Below, piece by piece: positions 43,006-53,290 of a stretch of 64,000 nucleotides of DNA. Under the pieces are notes generated by a model, which worked only from the letters and a program-made list of their open reading frames with translations, had not been told where the DNA came from and did no database searches. The DNA is from an uncultured Phycisphaerales bacterium (GTDB lineage: Bacteria > Planctomycetota > Phycisphaerae > Tepidisphaerales > Tepidisphaeraceae). The DNA lies in contig CAWJPJ010000006.1 of NCBI GenBank assembly GCA_963844715.1, positions 672,001 through 736,000 on the forward strand, in the 5' to 3' direction. The translations under genes were made by a program, and so were the position numbers. Every line of letters begins with the position of its first letter. Positions within the stretch are counted from its first letter, which is position 1.

Positions 43006-43898
43006 GCACGGCTATCACCGCCAAACCTCGCCAGACATTGGCCCAACTGCGGCGGCTGCAGCGGCTCGCCGGCGCGGTCATCATGAATCCGCTGGCGCGG
43101 GATTGGCGCATGCAGCGGCGATGGATCGACGACCGCGATATGCGCGAGGTGACGGCCGAGTTCATCAAGCCGAATGATCGCCTGACTTCGCTGGAGCGGA
43201 TCGAGATTTACAACAAGCAGTACTGGTTTCGGATTTTCGACTCCTTGATCGACGATTTTCCGGGTTTGAAGATCGTTCTGGGGCATGCCAACTTCATGAA
43301 GCTCGCGCGGGCCTATCTGACGGCACATCCTTCGCGGTCCTATACGTTGCGAAATTTGGGGTCGCGCCTTATCTCATTCATGGAAAAACATCCGCGCCTG
43401 CTCGGGGCGCGAAAGCAATTGGCCCTGGACATGGCGCGGTTTGAATGGGCGCAGATCGTGGCGTTCGACGGACCGGCCAGGCCCCCTGTCGGCGTCGATG
43501 ATCTTCTGGGCAAGCCCGCGGCAAAGCTTCGCCTGGCGATTCAGCCGTACGTCACTCTCCTCGAACTGAAATATCCGCTGGACGATTATGTCATTCAGCT
43601 TAAGCAGCACGGCCTGCGGCGCGACGCGAGCAACGCGATTGAGGAATCCGACGCCCCGGCGCGGACAAAGCGCCGCCCCCCATTGCCCCGGCGTCAAACC
43701 GTTTACATCGGCGTGCACCGCCATAACAACGCACTCTATTACAAAAGGCTCGATCCGCAGGCATTTAAGCTGCTGACAAACCTGGATGCGGGGCGAAGCC
43801 TTCGGCAGGCAATTCGGATATCGCGGATCACCGATCCCCCGAAAGTCGGCACGATTTTCGAAACTTACGCGACACTCGGCTGGTTTTACTTTCCCTGA
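43002..43898 (+). CDS. DUF2063-type MNIO partner protein
   Basis: ERIEIYNKQYWFRI...DFPGL...YLTAHPSRS...DMARFEWA; ATGA overlap with the MNIO stop. Confidence 0.88.
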   Translation: MSTAITAKPRQTLAQLRRLQRLAGAVIMNPLARDWRMQRRWIDDRDMREVTAEFIKPNDRLTSLERIEIYNKQYWFRIFDSLIDDFPGLKIVLGHANFMKLARAYLTAHPSRSYTLRNLGSRLISFMEKHPRLLGARKQLALDMARFEWAQIVAFDGPARPPVGVDDLLGKPAAKLRLAIQPYVTLLELKYPLDDYVIQLKQHGLRRDASNAIEESDAPARTKRRPPLPRRQTVYIGVHRHNNALYYKRLDPQAFKLLTNLDAGRSLRQAIRISRITDPPKVGTIFETYATLGWFYFP

Positions 43899-43934
43899 TG
43901 CTTGGGCAAAATTGGGTGGTAAAATCAGGTTTGA

Positions 43935-44513
43935 ATGACCCTTCCGCAGCTCCCCAATGCGTCGCCGACGGTTCCGCTGGCGAAGCTTGAATATTACACG
44001 GCCGCGCCGGCGGCGGACGCCGCGCCGGCTTGGCGCACGGGCAAGACGCTGATCGTGGCTCAAGGAGCGGTTTTGCCGGAACGGTGCGTGAAGTGCAACG
44101 AGCCGACGGATCGGCGATTTCGACGCAGAGTGTCGTGGTATCCGTCCTACTTGCTGGCGGGATTTATCACGCCGCTGGGCCCGCTGTTTTTGCTGCTTCT
44201 TTATTTGGTATTAAAAAAGACGATGCGGATCGATGTGGGGGTCTGCCGGCGGCATTTGCGACGCCGGCGCTGGTTCATTGCCGGAGCGTTCGTCGCCTTG
44301 GCGGGATGCGCATACGCGATCGTCTATACGGTGGGACATCAATCGGTTATCTCTTGTGTGGCGTCGGCAATATTGGCGGTCGCCGCCGCGGTGATGGGAC
44401 ATTATGCGCGGATTCTTCGGCCCACGAAGATCGACACGCTGCACGGTTATTTTCGCGGCGCGTCGCCGGAGTTCTTGAATTCGCTTCCCGGCGTGGCCGC
44501 GCCGCCGCGCTAG
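43935..44513 (+). CDS. Hypothetical membrane protein with CxxC...CxxH motif
   Basis: LPERCVKCN, VCRRH, three hydrophobic segments. Confidence 0.7.
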   Translation: MTLPQLPNASPTVPLAKLEYYTAAPAADAAPAWRTGKTLIVAQGAVLPERCVKCNEPTDRRFRRRVSWYPSYLLAGFITPLGPLFLLLLYLVLKKTMRIDVGVCRRHLRRRRWFIAGAFVALAGCAYAIVYTVGHQSVISCVASAILAVAAAVMGHYARILRPTKIDTLHGYFRGASPEFLNSLPGVAAPPR

Positions 44514-45163
44514 TCTTCGTGTTCCCACAGGCGAAAACCGCCTAGAAATGCGTTGTTGTTTTCGCCGCGTCGGCAGCCTTCCGGCAGCGATTTGAGCTTG
44601 TGCACGTTTCCGCCGCCGAGGACCACATAATCCGGCTCCAGGGCCGCCATAAGTTTCTCGACCGTGATCGTGACGTGCTTGTGCCACTTCTTTTTCCCGA
44701 GGCGATCCAAGCCGCGCAGACCGACGTAGTCCTCGAACGTCAGCTTCTTGTACGGCAAATGGCCCAATTCCATCGGGAGGACTTTTCCATCGACGACCAT
44801 GGCCGTTCCGAGCCCGGTCCCTAGGCCGAGGAAGAGCATCTTGCCCCCCTTATGACTGCCCAGGGCCTGCATCGCCGCGTCGTTGATCACTCTGACGGGG
44901 CATCCGAAGGCTTTTTGAAAATCGAAACCGACCCAGCCATGTGCGAGGTTGTGCGGGTCCGCGACCGGGCGATGATTTTTAACGGGACCGGGATACCCGA
45001 TGGAAACGACTTCGTATTCCCAGTCCTGGGCCAGCTTCTTCACGCCCTGAACCATCTCGCGCGGGCCCAATTCGGGGCCGGAATCGAACTGGCGTTTTTC
45101 CCTTTTGCTCGTGGCGAGGATTTTTACGTGCGTGCCGCCGACATCGATGACCAGGACGTTCAT
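44510..45163 (-). CDS. ROK-family polyphosphate glucokinase-like sugar kinase
   Basis: IDVGGTHVK, IGYPG, NDAAMQALG, GLGTGLG, ELGH, LGGGN. Confidence 0.88.
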   Translation of the reverse strand: MNVLVIDVGGTHVKILATSKREKRQFDSGPELGPREMVQGVKKLAQDWEYEVVSIGYPGPVKNHRPVADPHNLAHGWVGFDFQKAFGCPVRVINDAAMQALGSHKGGKMLFLGLGTGLGTAMVVDGKVLPMELGHLPYKKLTFEDYVGLRGLDRLGKKKWHKHVTITVEKLMAALEPDYVVLGGGNVHKLKSLPEGCRRGENNNAFLGGFRLWEHED

Positions 45164-45208
45164 ATCTCTTCTCCAGCCGAATTGGTGCACAGAGTATCAG
45201 AGACGGGC

Positions 45209-45816
45209 TTAAATTTCCCGAGGGCAATCGTTCCGCCGGCAGACCAGTTCCCCGTTGCCGATTGGCACGATCAGGGCGTCCACCCGTGGGTCGCTCAGGG
45301 CGCGATCGAGCATGGGCTGCAAAACCGGGCGATGATTGATGGCATTGTCGGCGACAAGGATTCCGCCGGGAACCATGTTGGGCACGACCGCCTCGTAACA
45401 CGGGCCGTAGATTTCCTTCTCGGCGTCCAAAAAGCAAAACGCGATGTCCGGGATGCCGGACAAGTGCTCAAGGGCATCGCCGTGCACGAGTTTGACAACG
45501 TCGCCGACGCCGGCTTGCGCGAACGTTTTTGCTGCCAGTTCCGCTTTTTCACCGAGGATTTCGAAGGTGGTGATTTTCGTCCCGTCGCACGGCAGGCGAG
45601 GGCCAGCCAAAGCGTCGAGTAACCGGCGCTGGCGCCGATTTCGATCCAGTTTCCCTCGGGCGAGGCGGCGGCGAGGATGGCGATGAATTTCCCCACGTCG
45701 GGCGGGATTTGGCGCAGGCGTTTCAATCGGGGCGTGCCGTCATGGCGATCCTGCCGATCAATTTGCTCCAGCTCGCGCATCACGGTCTGAATGTTTTGCG
45801 GGATTTCGTTAAACAT
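45209..45816 (-). CDS. Class I SAM-dependent O-methyltransferase (frameshift near 45585)
   Basis: [28 protein letters not shown]. Confidence 0.88.
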
Positions 45817-46023
45817 CGAACTATCTTTGCTTCATTAGCGTCTTAACAATTCCTGGGGGTGAAAAACGCCAGTTTTTGAATCAATTCAGGCATTACGAAA
45901 ATGCGTCCGGTTTCGAACGCGAACGGCGGGCGCGTTTGGTTATCATATGTGGCATATGTTCGCAGGCGGTAAAATATTCGCCGGCTTACACGAACAGAAC
46001 GGGCACCATTTCGGGAGGTTGAG

Positions 46024-49000
46024 ATGTTAGGCCTGTCCACATTTTCCGGCGGCATTCTGGCCACGAATCCCTTTTCGCCCACTCTTCCGGACGCGGCATT
46101 CTGGACGCTGGTCGTCATCGGCGCGCTGATCCTCGTCTGGCTTTCGCTGGGGATGCGCTACATTCCCAACAATATGGTGGGAGTCGTCGAAAAACTATGG
46201 TCCGCGCGCGGTTCGGTTGGGGGCGGGCGCATCATCGCGACGCACGGGGAGGCCGGTTATCAATCGGATCTCCTTCGCGGCGGTATCCATTTCTTCCTTT
46301 GGCGCATCCAGTACCGAATTCACCGCGCCCCGCTTGTGATGATCGGACAGGGGAAAATCGGCTACGTCTACGCGCGCGATGGCGAGGGACTTTTGCCCAG
46401 CCAGACACTGGGGCGATTCATTGAATGCAACAAATTCCAGGACGCGCGGGCGTTCATCGGCGACGGGCAAAACGCCGCCACCGTGGGCCAGCGCGGTCGG
46501 CAACGGATCATCCTGCGCGAAGGCATGTATGCGATCAATCTCGCGCTATTCGTGGTCGTGACAGAAGACACTGTCTATCGACTGGACCTGCAAGGCCGCC
46601 AGGAATTCCAGGCGATCCTAGGGCCTGTCTGATGAATCCAAAATCCTGAAATAGCGACGGATCATGGCGAGCTTGGCCATGGCCTGAAAGTTCACCGCCA
46701 GTTTCTCGTAACGCGTGCCCAGGCGGCGATTCTCCTTCATCCAATTCACGCAACGCTCCACCACGTTCCGTCGGCGATACGCCTTGCGATCAAAGTTCTC
46801 CTGCGGCGGCTGATTCGATTTCGCCGGGATCACCGCTTGGATTCGGTGGCGACGCAGCCATCGCCGCACATTTCCGTAACTGTATCCCTTGTCGCCCGCC
46901 AGCCTCCTGGGGCGACGACGGCGGCGACCGATGCGCATCGCGTTCATCACCGGCTCCACGTACCGGCTCTCGTGGCATTGGCCGGCGCTGGCCTCGACGG
47001 CGAGCGGAACTCCCTGGCCGTCAGTAACCAGGTGGAGCTTGCTGCCCCACCCGCCTCGGCTGCGGCCCAACGCGTGATCCGCCGGTTCTTCCGGGGCGGT
47101 TTTGATTTTCTGGCTCCGGCGGCGGATCGACTGGCTCGCACATTGGTGCCGTCGATGCACCACAGGTCCCAGTCGATTCGTCCTTGCTTGTCCAACCTCA
47201 TCTGCAGCCGCTGGAGGATTCGATCAATCGTTCCGTCCTTTCTCCAGCGGTTGAAGCGGTCGTAGACGCTTTGCCATCTGCCGTAACGTTCGGGCATCTC
47301 GCGCCATTGAGCGCCCGAGTGCAGAATCCAGAACATGCCGTTGAGCGTGGTGCGGTGGTCGTTCCACTGCCCGCCGCGCTTGCCGTTGCCGGGCAGCAGA
47401 TCGCCGATCAACTCGTACTGCTCATCCGTGAGCTCATAACGTCGCATCCGTGACACCTCGTCTGAAAACCGCTATTTATAACCAAAAGCGATTCATCAGA
47501 CAGGCCCTAGGCTGGCAGCAGGAACTGAAGCAAGTCAACGGATTCGATCCGGTCGTCATCGGCGGGCCGATCAATACCGAGGACCCGCTCACGCCCGGCA
47601 AGCAGATGCAGGTGGATACCCTCGGCATCGTGACGATTCACGATGGGCCAAGCCTCTCGCCCGGCGAGATCATCGCCCCGGCCGTGGGCAATGGGCTTAA
47701 CGAGGAAAACTATCACAATAATTATCAGGACCCCGAGGCATTTTTGCGCGCCGGCGGGCGACGAGGCCGGCAATATGTTCCCCTCACTGACGGCACTTAT
47801 TTCATTAATCGCTGGTTTGCGACGATAGAAGTAACACCCAAGACGGTCGTTCCCATCGGCTACGTGGGCGTTGTCGTAAGTTATTACGGGCCGCTCGGGC
47901 GCCGATGTTTCCGGCGAAAGCTTCCGCCACGGCGAGCGCGTGGCTCGCGGCGACCGCGGTGTCTGGGAAAAGCCGCTGGGGCCGGGCAAATATCCGTTCA
48001 ATACCTACGCCGGAAAACTGATCCTCGTGCCGACGACCAACTTCGTGCTTCACTGGATCACGGGTAAGAGCGAGAGCCATCATTACGATGAAAGTCTGAA
48101 GTCGATCGATCTGGTCACGAAGGATGCTTATGAGCCACTCTTACCGCTGAGTATTGTCGTGCATATCGACTATCAGCGCGCCCGAGCGTGATTCAGCGGT
48201 TCGGCGACGTGAAGAAGCTGATCACCCAGACCCTGGACCCGATGCTCAGCGCCTATTTCCGAGACGTGGCGCATAAGAAGACGATGATCGAATTGCTCCA
48301 GCGGCGCGATGAAATCCAGATCGAGTCACGGACGGAACTCCAACAGCGGTTCCGGGAATTTGACATCGAATGCGTGGACGTGCTGATCGGCAAGCCCGAC
48401 ACGGCCGAGGGAACCGGCGTCGGAAAAATCGAAACACTCCTCGAGCAGCTGCGCACCCGGCAGCTCAGCATTGAGCAGTTGGAAACCTACGACCGCCAGC
48501 GCGCGGCGGCGGATAAGCTGCGAACCCTCAACGAAGCGCAGGCGATCGCCGCCAAGCAGGCGGAACTGACCAATTCTCAGGTTCAGATTCGCATCGCCGA
48601 AAACCAGGGAGACGCCGATCTGGCCCGCTCGCGCAAGCAGGCGGAGCAGACGGTTGTCGTGGCCGAGGCTGAATTGGCACGCTCGCGCAGGCAAGCCGAG
48701 CAGACGGTGGTCATCGCGCAGGCGGACAGCCAGTCGCGGATTCTGGCGGGAAAAGGCGAATCGACCCGAGCGCTGCAAGTCGGCCTCGCCGAGGCGACGG
48801 TTCTGCTGCGCAGCATCACCAGCTTTGGCGATCCGCGGCTTTATGCCCTCTCAAAGGTCGCGGAATATCTTTCCAAGGCAAGCCAGCCGCTCGTGCCGGA
48901 GCGCGTCTTCCTGGCCGGCGGTGCGCCGACGACCAACGGCGAATCCGCCGCGGCGCTTCAGCCAGCTCCGGAATGCTTGGCATGCTGATCAATTTAATGG

Positions 49001-49129
49001 TCGCCGAAAAGAGCGGCTTCGCCATCGCGGACAATCCGGACATGGCGATCCCTCAAGGAGATCGCCGACCGGATGACCAAGCAGGTCGTGGAAAGCCTGG
49101 AAGATTCGAATGGGCATCCTAAAGTATAA
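46024..49129 (+). pseudogene. SPFH/band 7 flotillin-like protein interrupted by IS5 copy 2
   Basis: N-terminal TM, IGYVYARDG, GQRGRQ, IQRFGDVKKL, coiled-coil tail; IS removal restores QAIL-GWQQEL in frame. Confidence 0.88.
46622..47506 (-). mobile_element. IS5 family element, copy 2, 885 bp
   Basis: Same IRs and CTAG flanks (46618-46621, 47507-47510); one difference from copy 1 noticed (35852 A vs 47076 G). Confidence 0.95.
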
Positions 49130-49228
49130 ATGCGCCGTGCGCAGGGTGGGATAGTGGAATGCGCACACGCATGTTTAATTCGCATCGCTGGATGAAATTG
49201 AACGGGTTCGAGGCGAAAGTGCCGCCCA

Positions 49229-50470
49229 TTAATATGTGCGAATTAGCTTCGCCCCCGGGTAGGAAGCCATGAGGATTTGCTCGGCCGACTGGCCCGCTTC
49301 CGCGCGGGCTTCAGCGCACCATTGGCACATCCCCACGCCGTGCCCGAAGCCGTGCCCGTCGAAGAAGGTGACCGTTCCCAGATTCGGGTCCCCGTTGATT
49401 CGGCAAAAGCTGCTGGGAAGGGTGGACCCAAAGGAGGCGTCCGTGTTGACGGCGGCGCCGCGCATTTCTTCGGCCGCGAGGGAATATTGCACGCCTCGGG
49501 CGTCGGTGATCAGGACGCGCGTGGGTCTGCCGTAGCGGTTGGATGACTGAACCTGCATGCCGGAGAGTTGTGCCATCGAAGCCTCGGGGACGGGTTTGCC
49601 GGTGCTTTGCCCCAGATGATCAGCCCATAATCGAATGCGTCGGGTGAGTTCCGATTTTTGGATCGTGATGGGTCCCCAGTTGAAATATTTGGACGCGCTG
49701 CAACAGGCGCCGCGATATTGCTCGGCCAGGGGCGGCAGAAAGGGCTCGCCCGGGAAGGCGTCCGCGGCCGCCTGGGCGACGCCGCCGCAGCAACTGCTGA
49801 AATAGGCCTTGAAGATTTTCCCGTTGCCGGGGCCGTAGGTGAGGACCACGCCGGCGGTGGATTGGGCGGCGTAGCGGCTATTTGCGGTCTCGCCGGAGAT
49901 CGCACCGTACATCTGACTGCGCTGATCGGCAAAGACATCCCATTCACGACCGACGCCGGCGGTTTTGGCCTCGAAGAGGGCATAGGTACGCGATGCGACG
50001 GCCTGGGCTCGGAAGGCCTCGGGGAGCCAATCGTGATACATCTCGGCCGCCACAACGCCCTGCACATACTGGTCGATATCGACATCGTTCACGGCGTTAA
50101 AATTGGACACACCGATTGGCAGGAAGCGGAAAAAGCCGTGATACGCGACGCCGTTGATGCGGATGGAGTCGCCGATGGGCTGAATCGAGAGAATACCGGA
50201 GCCGAGCGTTGTGGAATTGAGTTGCCAGACGCCGCCGGGGCGGGAGAGATGGGCTGAGTTGCCGAGGCGGACGACTCGCGCGGCGGATGCGGAATCGAGC
50301 CAGACCTGAACGGGTGAATCGGCCGAGACCTCCGCGACCGGGGCATTCTCCAGAATCAGCACTCGAATCCGCGGATTATTCGGGGGAGGAGCCGGCTCCG
50401 TCTGCTCCGTGCAGGACTGCGCAAAAAGAAAAGCAACAACGCAAAGCGACAACGCGAGTGTTTGTCGCAT
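49229..50470 (-). CDS. SpoIID/LytB domain lytic transglycosylase-like lipoprotein
   Basis: YVQGVVAAEM, EAFRAQAVASRTYA, FSSCCGG, GHGVGMCQW. Confidence 0.92.
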   Translation of the reverse strand: MRQTLALSLCVVAFLFAQSCTEQTEPAPPPNNPRIRVLILENAPVAEVSADSPVQVWLDSASAARVVRLGNSAHLSRPGGVWQLNSTTLGSGILSIQPIGDSIRINGVAYHGFFRFLPIGVSNFNAVNDVDIDQYVQGVVAAEMYHDWLPEAFRAQAVASRTYALFEAKTAGVGREWDVFADQRSQMYGAISGETANSRYAAQSTAGVVLTYGPGNGKIFKAYFSSCCGGVAQAAADAFPGEPFLPPLAEQYRGACCSASKYFNWGPITIQKSELTRRIRLWADHLGQSTGKPVPEASMAQLSGMQVQSSNRYGRPTRVLITDARGVQYSLAAEEMRGAAVNTDASFGSTLPSSFCRINGDPNLGTVTFFDGHGFGHGVGMCQWCAEARAEAGQSAEQILMASYPGAKLIRTY

Positions 50471-50552
50471 GGGGCCTCCTTGCCCTCAGAATTATTCGTC
50501 TTTCCATTAGCGGGGGCGCGGTTTGAGACGCGGTGCTCCGCACGGCCGCTAA

Positions 50553-51461
50553 TTATTCTTCCAGGCGGCGCAGGCCAACCCCGAACGTCGCAAGCTGCTG
50601 CTTGATTTCGTTCAGGCTGGTCTGTCCGAAGTTCTTGCACCCCAGAAGCTCGTCTTCGGTCCGCGAGGCCAGTTCGCCCAGCGTATTGATGTTCAATCGC
50701 TGTAAAGCCTTTCGACTGCGCACGGAGAGTTCCATATCGCCGACGCTCTTGGCCAGAGTTTCCGGGGGGACATTTCCCTCGACGGCTGCCGCCGGACGCG
50801 GCACGCCGCCCTTGGCTTCTTCTGCCGCCTGGCCGAGGCGCAATCCCTTTTGCGCCAACAGCGCCTTGATTTCGTTCAGGCTCGTCTCGCCAAAATTCTT
50901 GTAGCTGAGCAATTCCTGCTCGGTGGTCTTGAGCAGGTCCCCCAGCGTGCGGATGTTCATCTTCTTCAGGCAATTGCGGCTGCGTACCGACAACTCAAAA
51001 TCCGTGACGGGGACGTTCAGGACGGCGCTGCGGCGATCGGAACGGCCGTCCAGGTCGTCGTCGTAGTGCATGCTGCGCGCGGATTCGACATCGCGCATAT
51101 ACAGCCGGGCCCGGACGTGATTGGGATTCGTCCGCAGAACGGCGTCCAGGCAGCGGTGCGCCTCGTCATAGTGATTGTTGTCTTCGTAAAGAACCGCCAG
51201 ATTCATCAAGGCGTTAAGATGTACCGGCGGGCTGGTGCAGATACGTTCATAAAGCTCGATGGCCTTGGCGTCCTCGGCGCGGCGGTCGTATAGCACCGCC
51301 AGGCGGAACGCCGCCATTTCGTGGTCCGGGTTTTCATTCAGGGACCGCTCGTAAAATTCGACGGCCTTTTCGTGAATTCCCGTCTGCTCGGATTCCTGAC
51401 CTCGGCGGTAATATTCTTCGGCCGCCCTCTCGTTTATCGACGAAACACTGGCTTCGCTCAT
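50553..51461 (-). CDS. TPR protein with two RNA polymerase alpha-CTD-like domains
   Basis: TPR repeats, then ELSVRSRNCLKKMNI...KNFGETSLNEIK and ELSVRSRKALQRLNI...KNFGQTSLNEIK. Confidence 0.9.
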   Translation of the reverse strand: MSEASVSSINERAAEEYYRRGQESEQTGIHEKAVEFYERSLNENPDHEMAAFRLAVLYDRRAEDAKAIELYERICTSPPVHLNALMNLAVLYEDNNHYDEAHRCLDAVLRTNPNHVRARLYMRDVESARSMHYDDDLDGRSDRRSAVLNVPVTDFELSVRSRNCLKKMNIRTLGDLLKTTEQELLSYKNFGETSLNEIKALLAQKGLRLGQAAEEAKGGVPRPAAAVEGNVPPETLAKSVGDMELSVRSRKALQRLNINTLGELASRTEDELLGCKNFGQTSLNEIKQQLATFGVGLRRLEE

Positions 51462-51562
51462 CGTTACGATCCATCCCTAAAGTAAGAAAAACTGGCCCCG
51501 CATGGGGAAACTCCCGCCGAGGCGGATTGGCCCGCCTGCATCACGGCGATACTATTAAATGG

Positions 51563-52465
51563 GTGAGGGCACATTCTGTCAACCGCCGCGTCGTCCTGCT
51601 GGTCAATACCATCGCGGGCAAGGGGAAGGGACGCCTGGTCGCGCGACGCATCTCACAGAGCCTGGATTCGCACGACCTTGAATCGAAAATCGTCTCCGAC
51701 GACCCCGAGAAGGCCGCAAAACTCGCCCGGGACGCCCGCGCAATCGTTGTCATCGGAGGCGACGGCACCCTCCGCGCGGCGGCCAGAGCTTTCATCCAGT
51801 TACAAATCCTACCGCCGCCAATCCTCCCCGTGCCGATGGGAACGGCCAATCTGATGGGCAAATATCTAGGTATCGACTGGGACAATGAAGAGCTGCCGGC
51901 CCACGTCGCCCAGTCCCTAATTCAAGGTAAAATCTGGAACTGCGACGTCGCGGCAGTGAATGGCGAGCCGTTTCTGCTCGTCGCCGGGGTGGGGATCGAC
52001 GCGCAGATCGTTCATGAAGTGGATCGCCTGCGCCACGGGCCGATCAATTACGCCAGCTATTTTCTGCCGGCGGCCAAGACCCTGGTTTCGTACGAATATC
52101 CGTCGCTTGAAGCCTCGGTTGACGGAAGATCGGTTTTTGCCCTCGCGCCAGCGGTGGCGTTCGTGGGAAATGTGAGCCAGTACGGGACGGGGTTCGCGAT
52201 GCTGCCCGATGCACGGCCGGATGACGGGTTGCTTGATTTATGCATCGTGCCGGTCAAATCACGCTTCGAGGCGATCCGCAAGTTCCTTCTGTCAGCGGCC
52301 GGGGAACACGTGCTCGAAGAAGGAGTCGTCCACGTTCGGGGCAAGGAAATTGCCATCCGGTCCCCTAAAAACGTGCCAGTGCAGGCGGATGGCGACCCCG
52401 CCGGCTACACGCCGGCGGCGTTCAGCTTGCTTCCCGTGCGCCTGCAATTTATCGTTCCCGTGTGA
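51563..52465 (+). CDS. Diacylglycerol/lipid kinase family protein
   Basis: VNTIAGKG, GGDGT, PMGTANL, GVGIDA, DDGLLD, QADGD. Confidence 0.9.
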   Translation: MRAHSVNRRVVLLVNTIAGKGKGRLVARRISQSLDSHDLESKIVSDDPEKAAKLARDARAIVVIGGDGTLRAAARAFIQLQILPPPILPVPMGTANLMGKYLGIDWDNEELPAHVAQSLIQGKIWNCDVAAVNGEPFLLVAGVGIDAQIVHEVDRLRHGPINYASYFLPAAKTLVSYEYPSLEASVDGRSVFALAPAVAFVGNVSQYGTGFAMLPDARPDDGLLDLCIVPVKSRFEAIRKFLLSAAGEHVLEEGVVHVRGKEIAIRSPKNVPVQADGDPAGYTPAAFSLLPVRLQFIVPV

Positions 52466-53280
52466 AACAAACCCCTGATATTCTTCATCGCGATAAGAGC
52501 CATTTGCTGGTGATCGCCGGGCCGTGCGTGATCGAATCGGCGGAGCTTTGCCTGTCGATCGCGGCGCATTTGAAAAAGGTATGCGAGAGCCTGCATCTGG
52601 CTTACGTCTTCAAGGCGAGCTTCGACAAGGCCAATCGATCCAGCAATTCCACATTTCGCGGGCCCGGATTGGTCGATGGACTTGCGGTTTTAAAAAGAGT
52701 GAAGACCGAGATCGGCGTGCCGGTGCTGACGGATGTGCATGAGACCGATCAGGTGGACGACGCGGCGAAGATTGTGGACGCGTTACAGGTCCCGGCGTTT
52801 TTGGCTCGGCAGACGGATCTACTCCTTGCCTGCGGCAAAACCGGGCGCTGGGTGAACGTAAAAAAAGGCCAATTCATGTCGCCGGCTGAAATGGGAAACG
52901 CGGTCGAGAAAATCAAATCGACCGGTAACGATAAAATTCTCCTCACCGAGCGCGGCACATTTTTCGGCTACAACCGGCTGGTCAACGATTTCACGGGTTT
53001 GCAGGTCATGAGCCAGTTCGGCTGCCCGGTCATCTTCGACGTGACGCACAGCACGCAACAGCCGGCCGGCCAAGGCAACCAAAGCGGCGGGAACCCGCAG
53101 TTCTCGCCCCTACTCGCGCGGGCGGCGGTGGCAGCCGGAGTTGATGGGCTATTCCTGGAATGCCATCCCGACCCGAAGAATGCGAAAAGCGACGCGGCTA
53201 CGATGTTGAATATAAAGGTCGTGGAGAAGTTACTCAGGGAATGTGCGCAGATCGCGGAGTTAAGGGTCGGGTGGAGATAG
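52462..53280 (+). CDS. kdsA: KDO-8-phosphate synthase
   Basis: IAGPCVIES, KASFDKANRSS, PAFLARQTDLL, KKGQF, TERG, FDVTHS. Confidence 0.97.
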   Translation: MKQTPDILHRDKSHLLVIAGPCVIESAELCLSIAAHLKKVCESLHLAYVFKASFDKANRSSNSTFRGPGLVDGLAVLKRVKTEIGVPVLTDVHETDQVDDAAKIVDALQVPAFLARQTDLLLACGKTGRWVNVKKGQFMSPAEMGNAVEKIKSTGNDKILLTERGTFFGYNRLVNDFTGLQVMSQFGCPVIFDVTHSTQQPAGQGNQSGGNPQFSPLLARAAVAAGVDGLFLECHPDPKNAKSDAATMLNIKVVEKLLRECAQIAELRVGWR

Positions 53281-53290
53281 AAGGGTTTCT

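Noticed and set aside
35398..47506. Composite transposon that delivered the enclosed genes
   Set aside because: The enclosed genes are core envelope genes and copy 2 splits a gene that continues on both sides
48615..48730. Direct repeat encoding ARSRKQAEQTVVVA / ARSRRQAEQTVVIA
   Set aside because: Ordinary coiled-coil repeat of flotillin-like proteins
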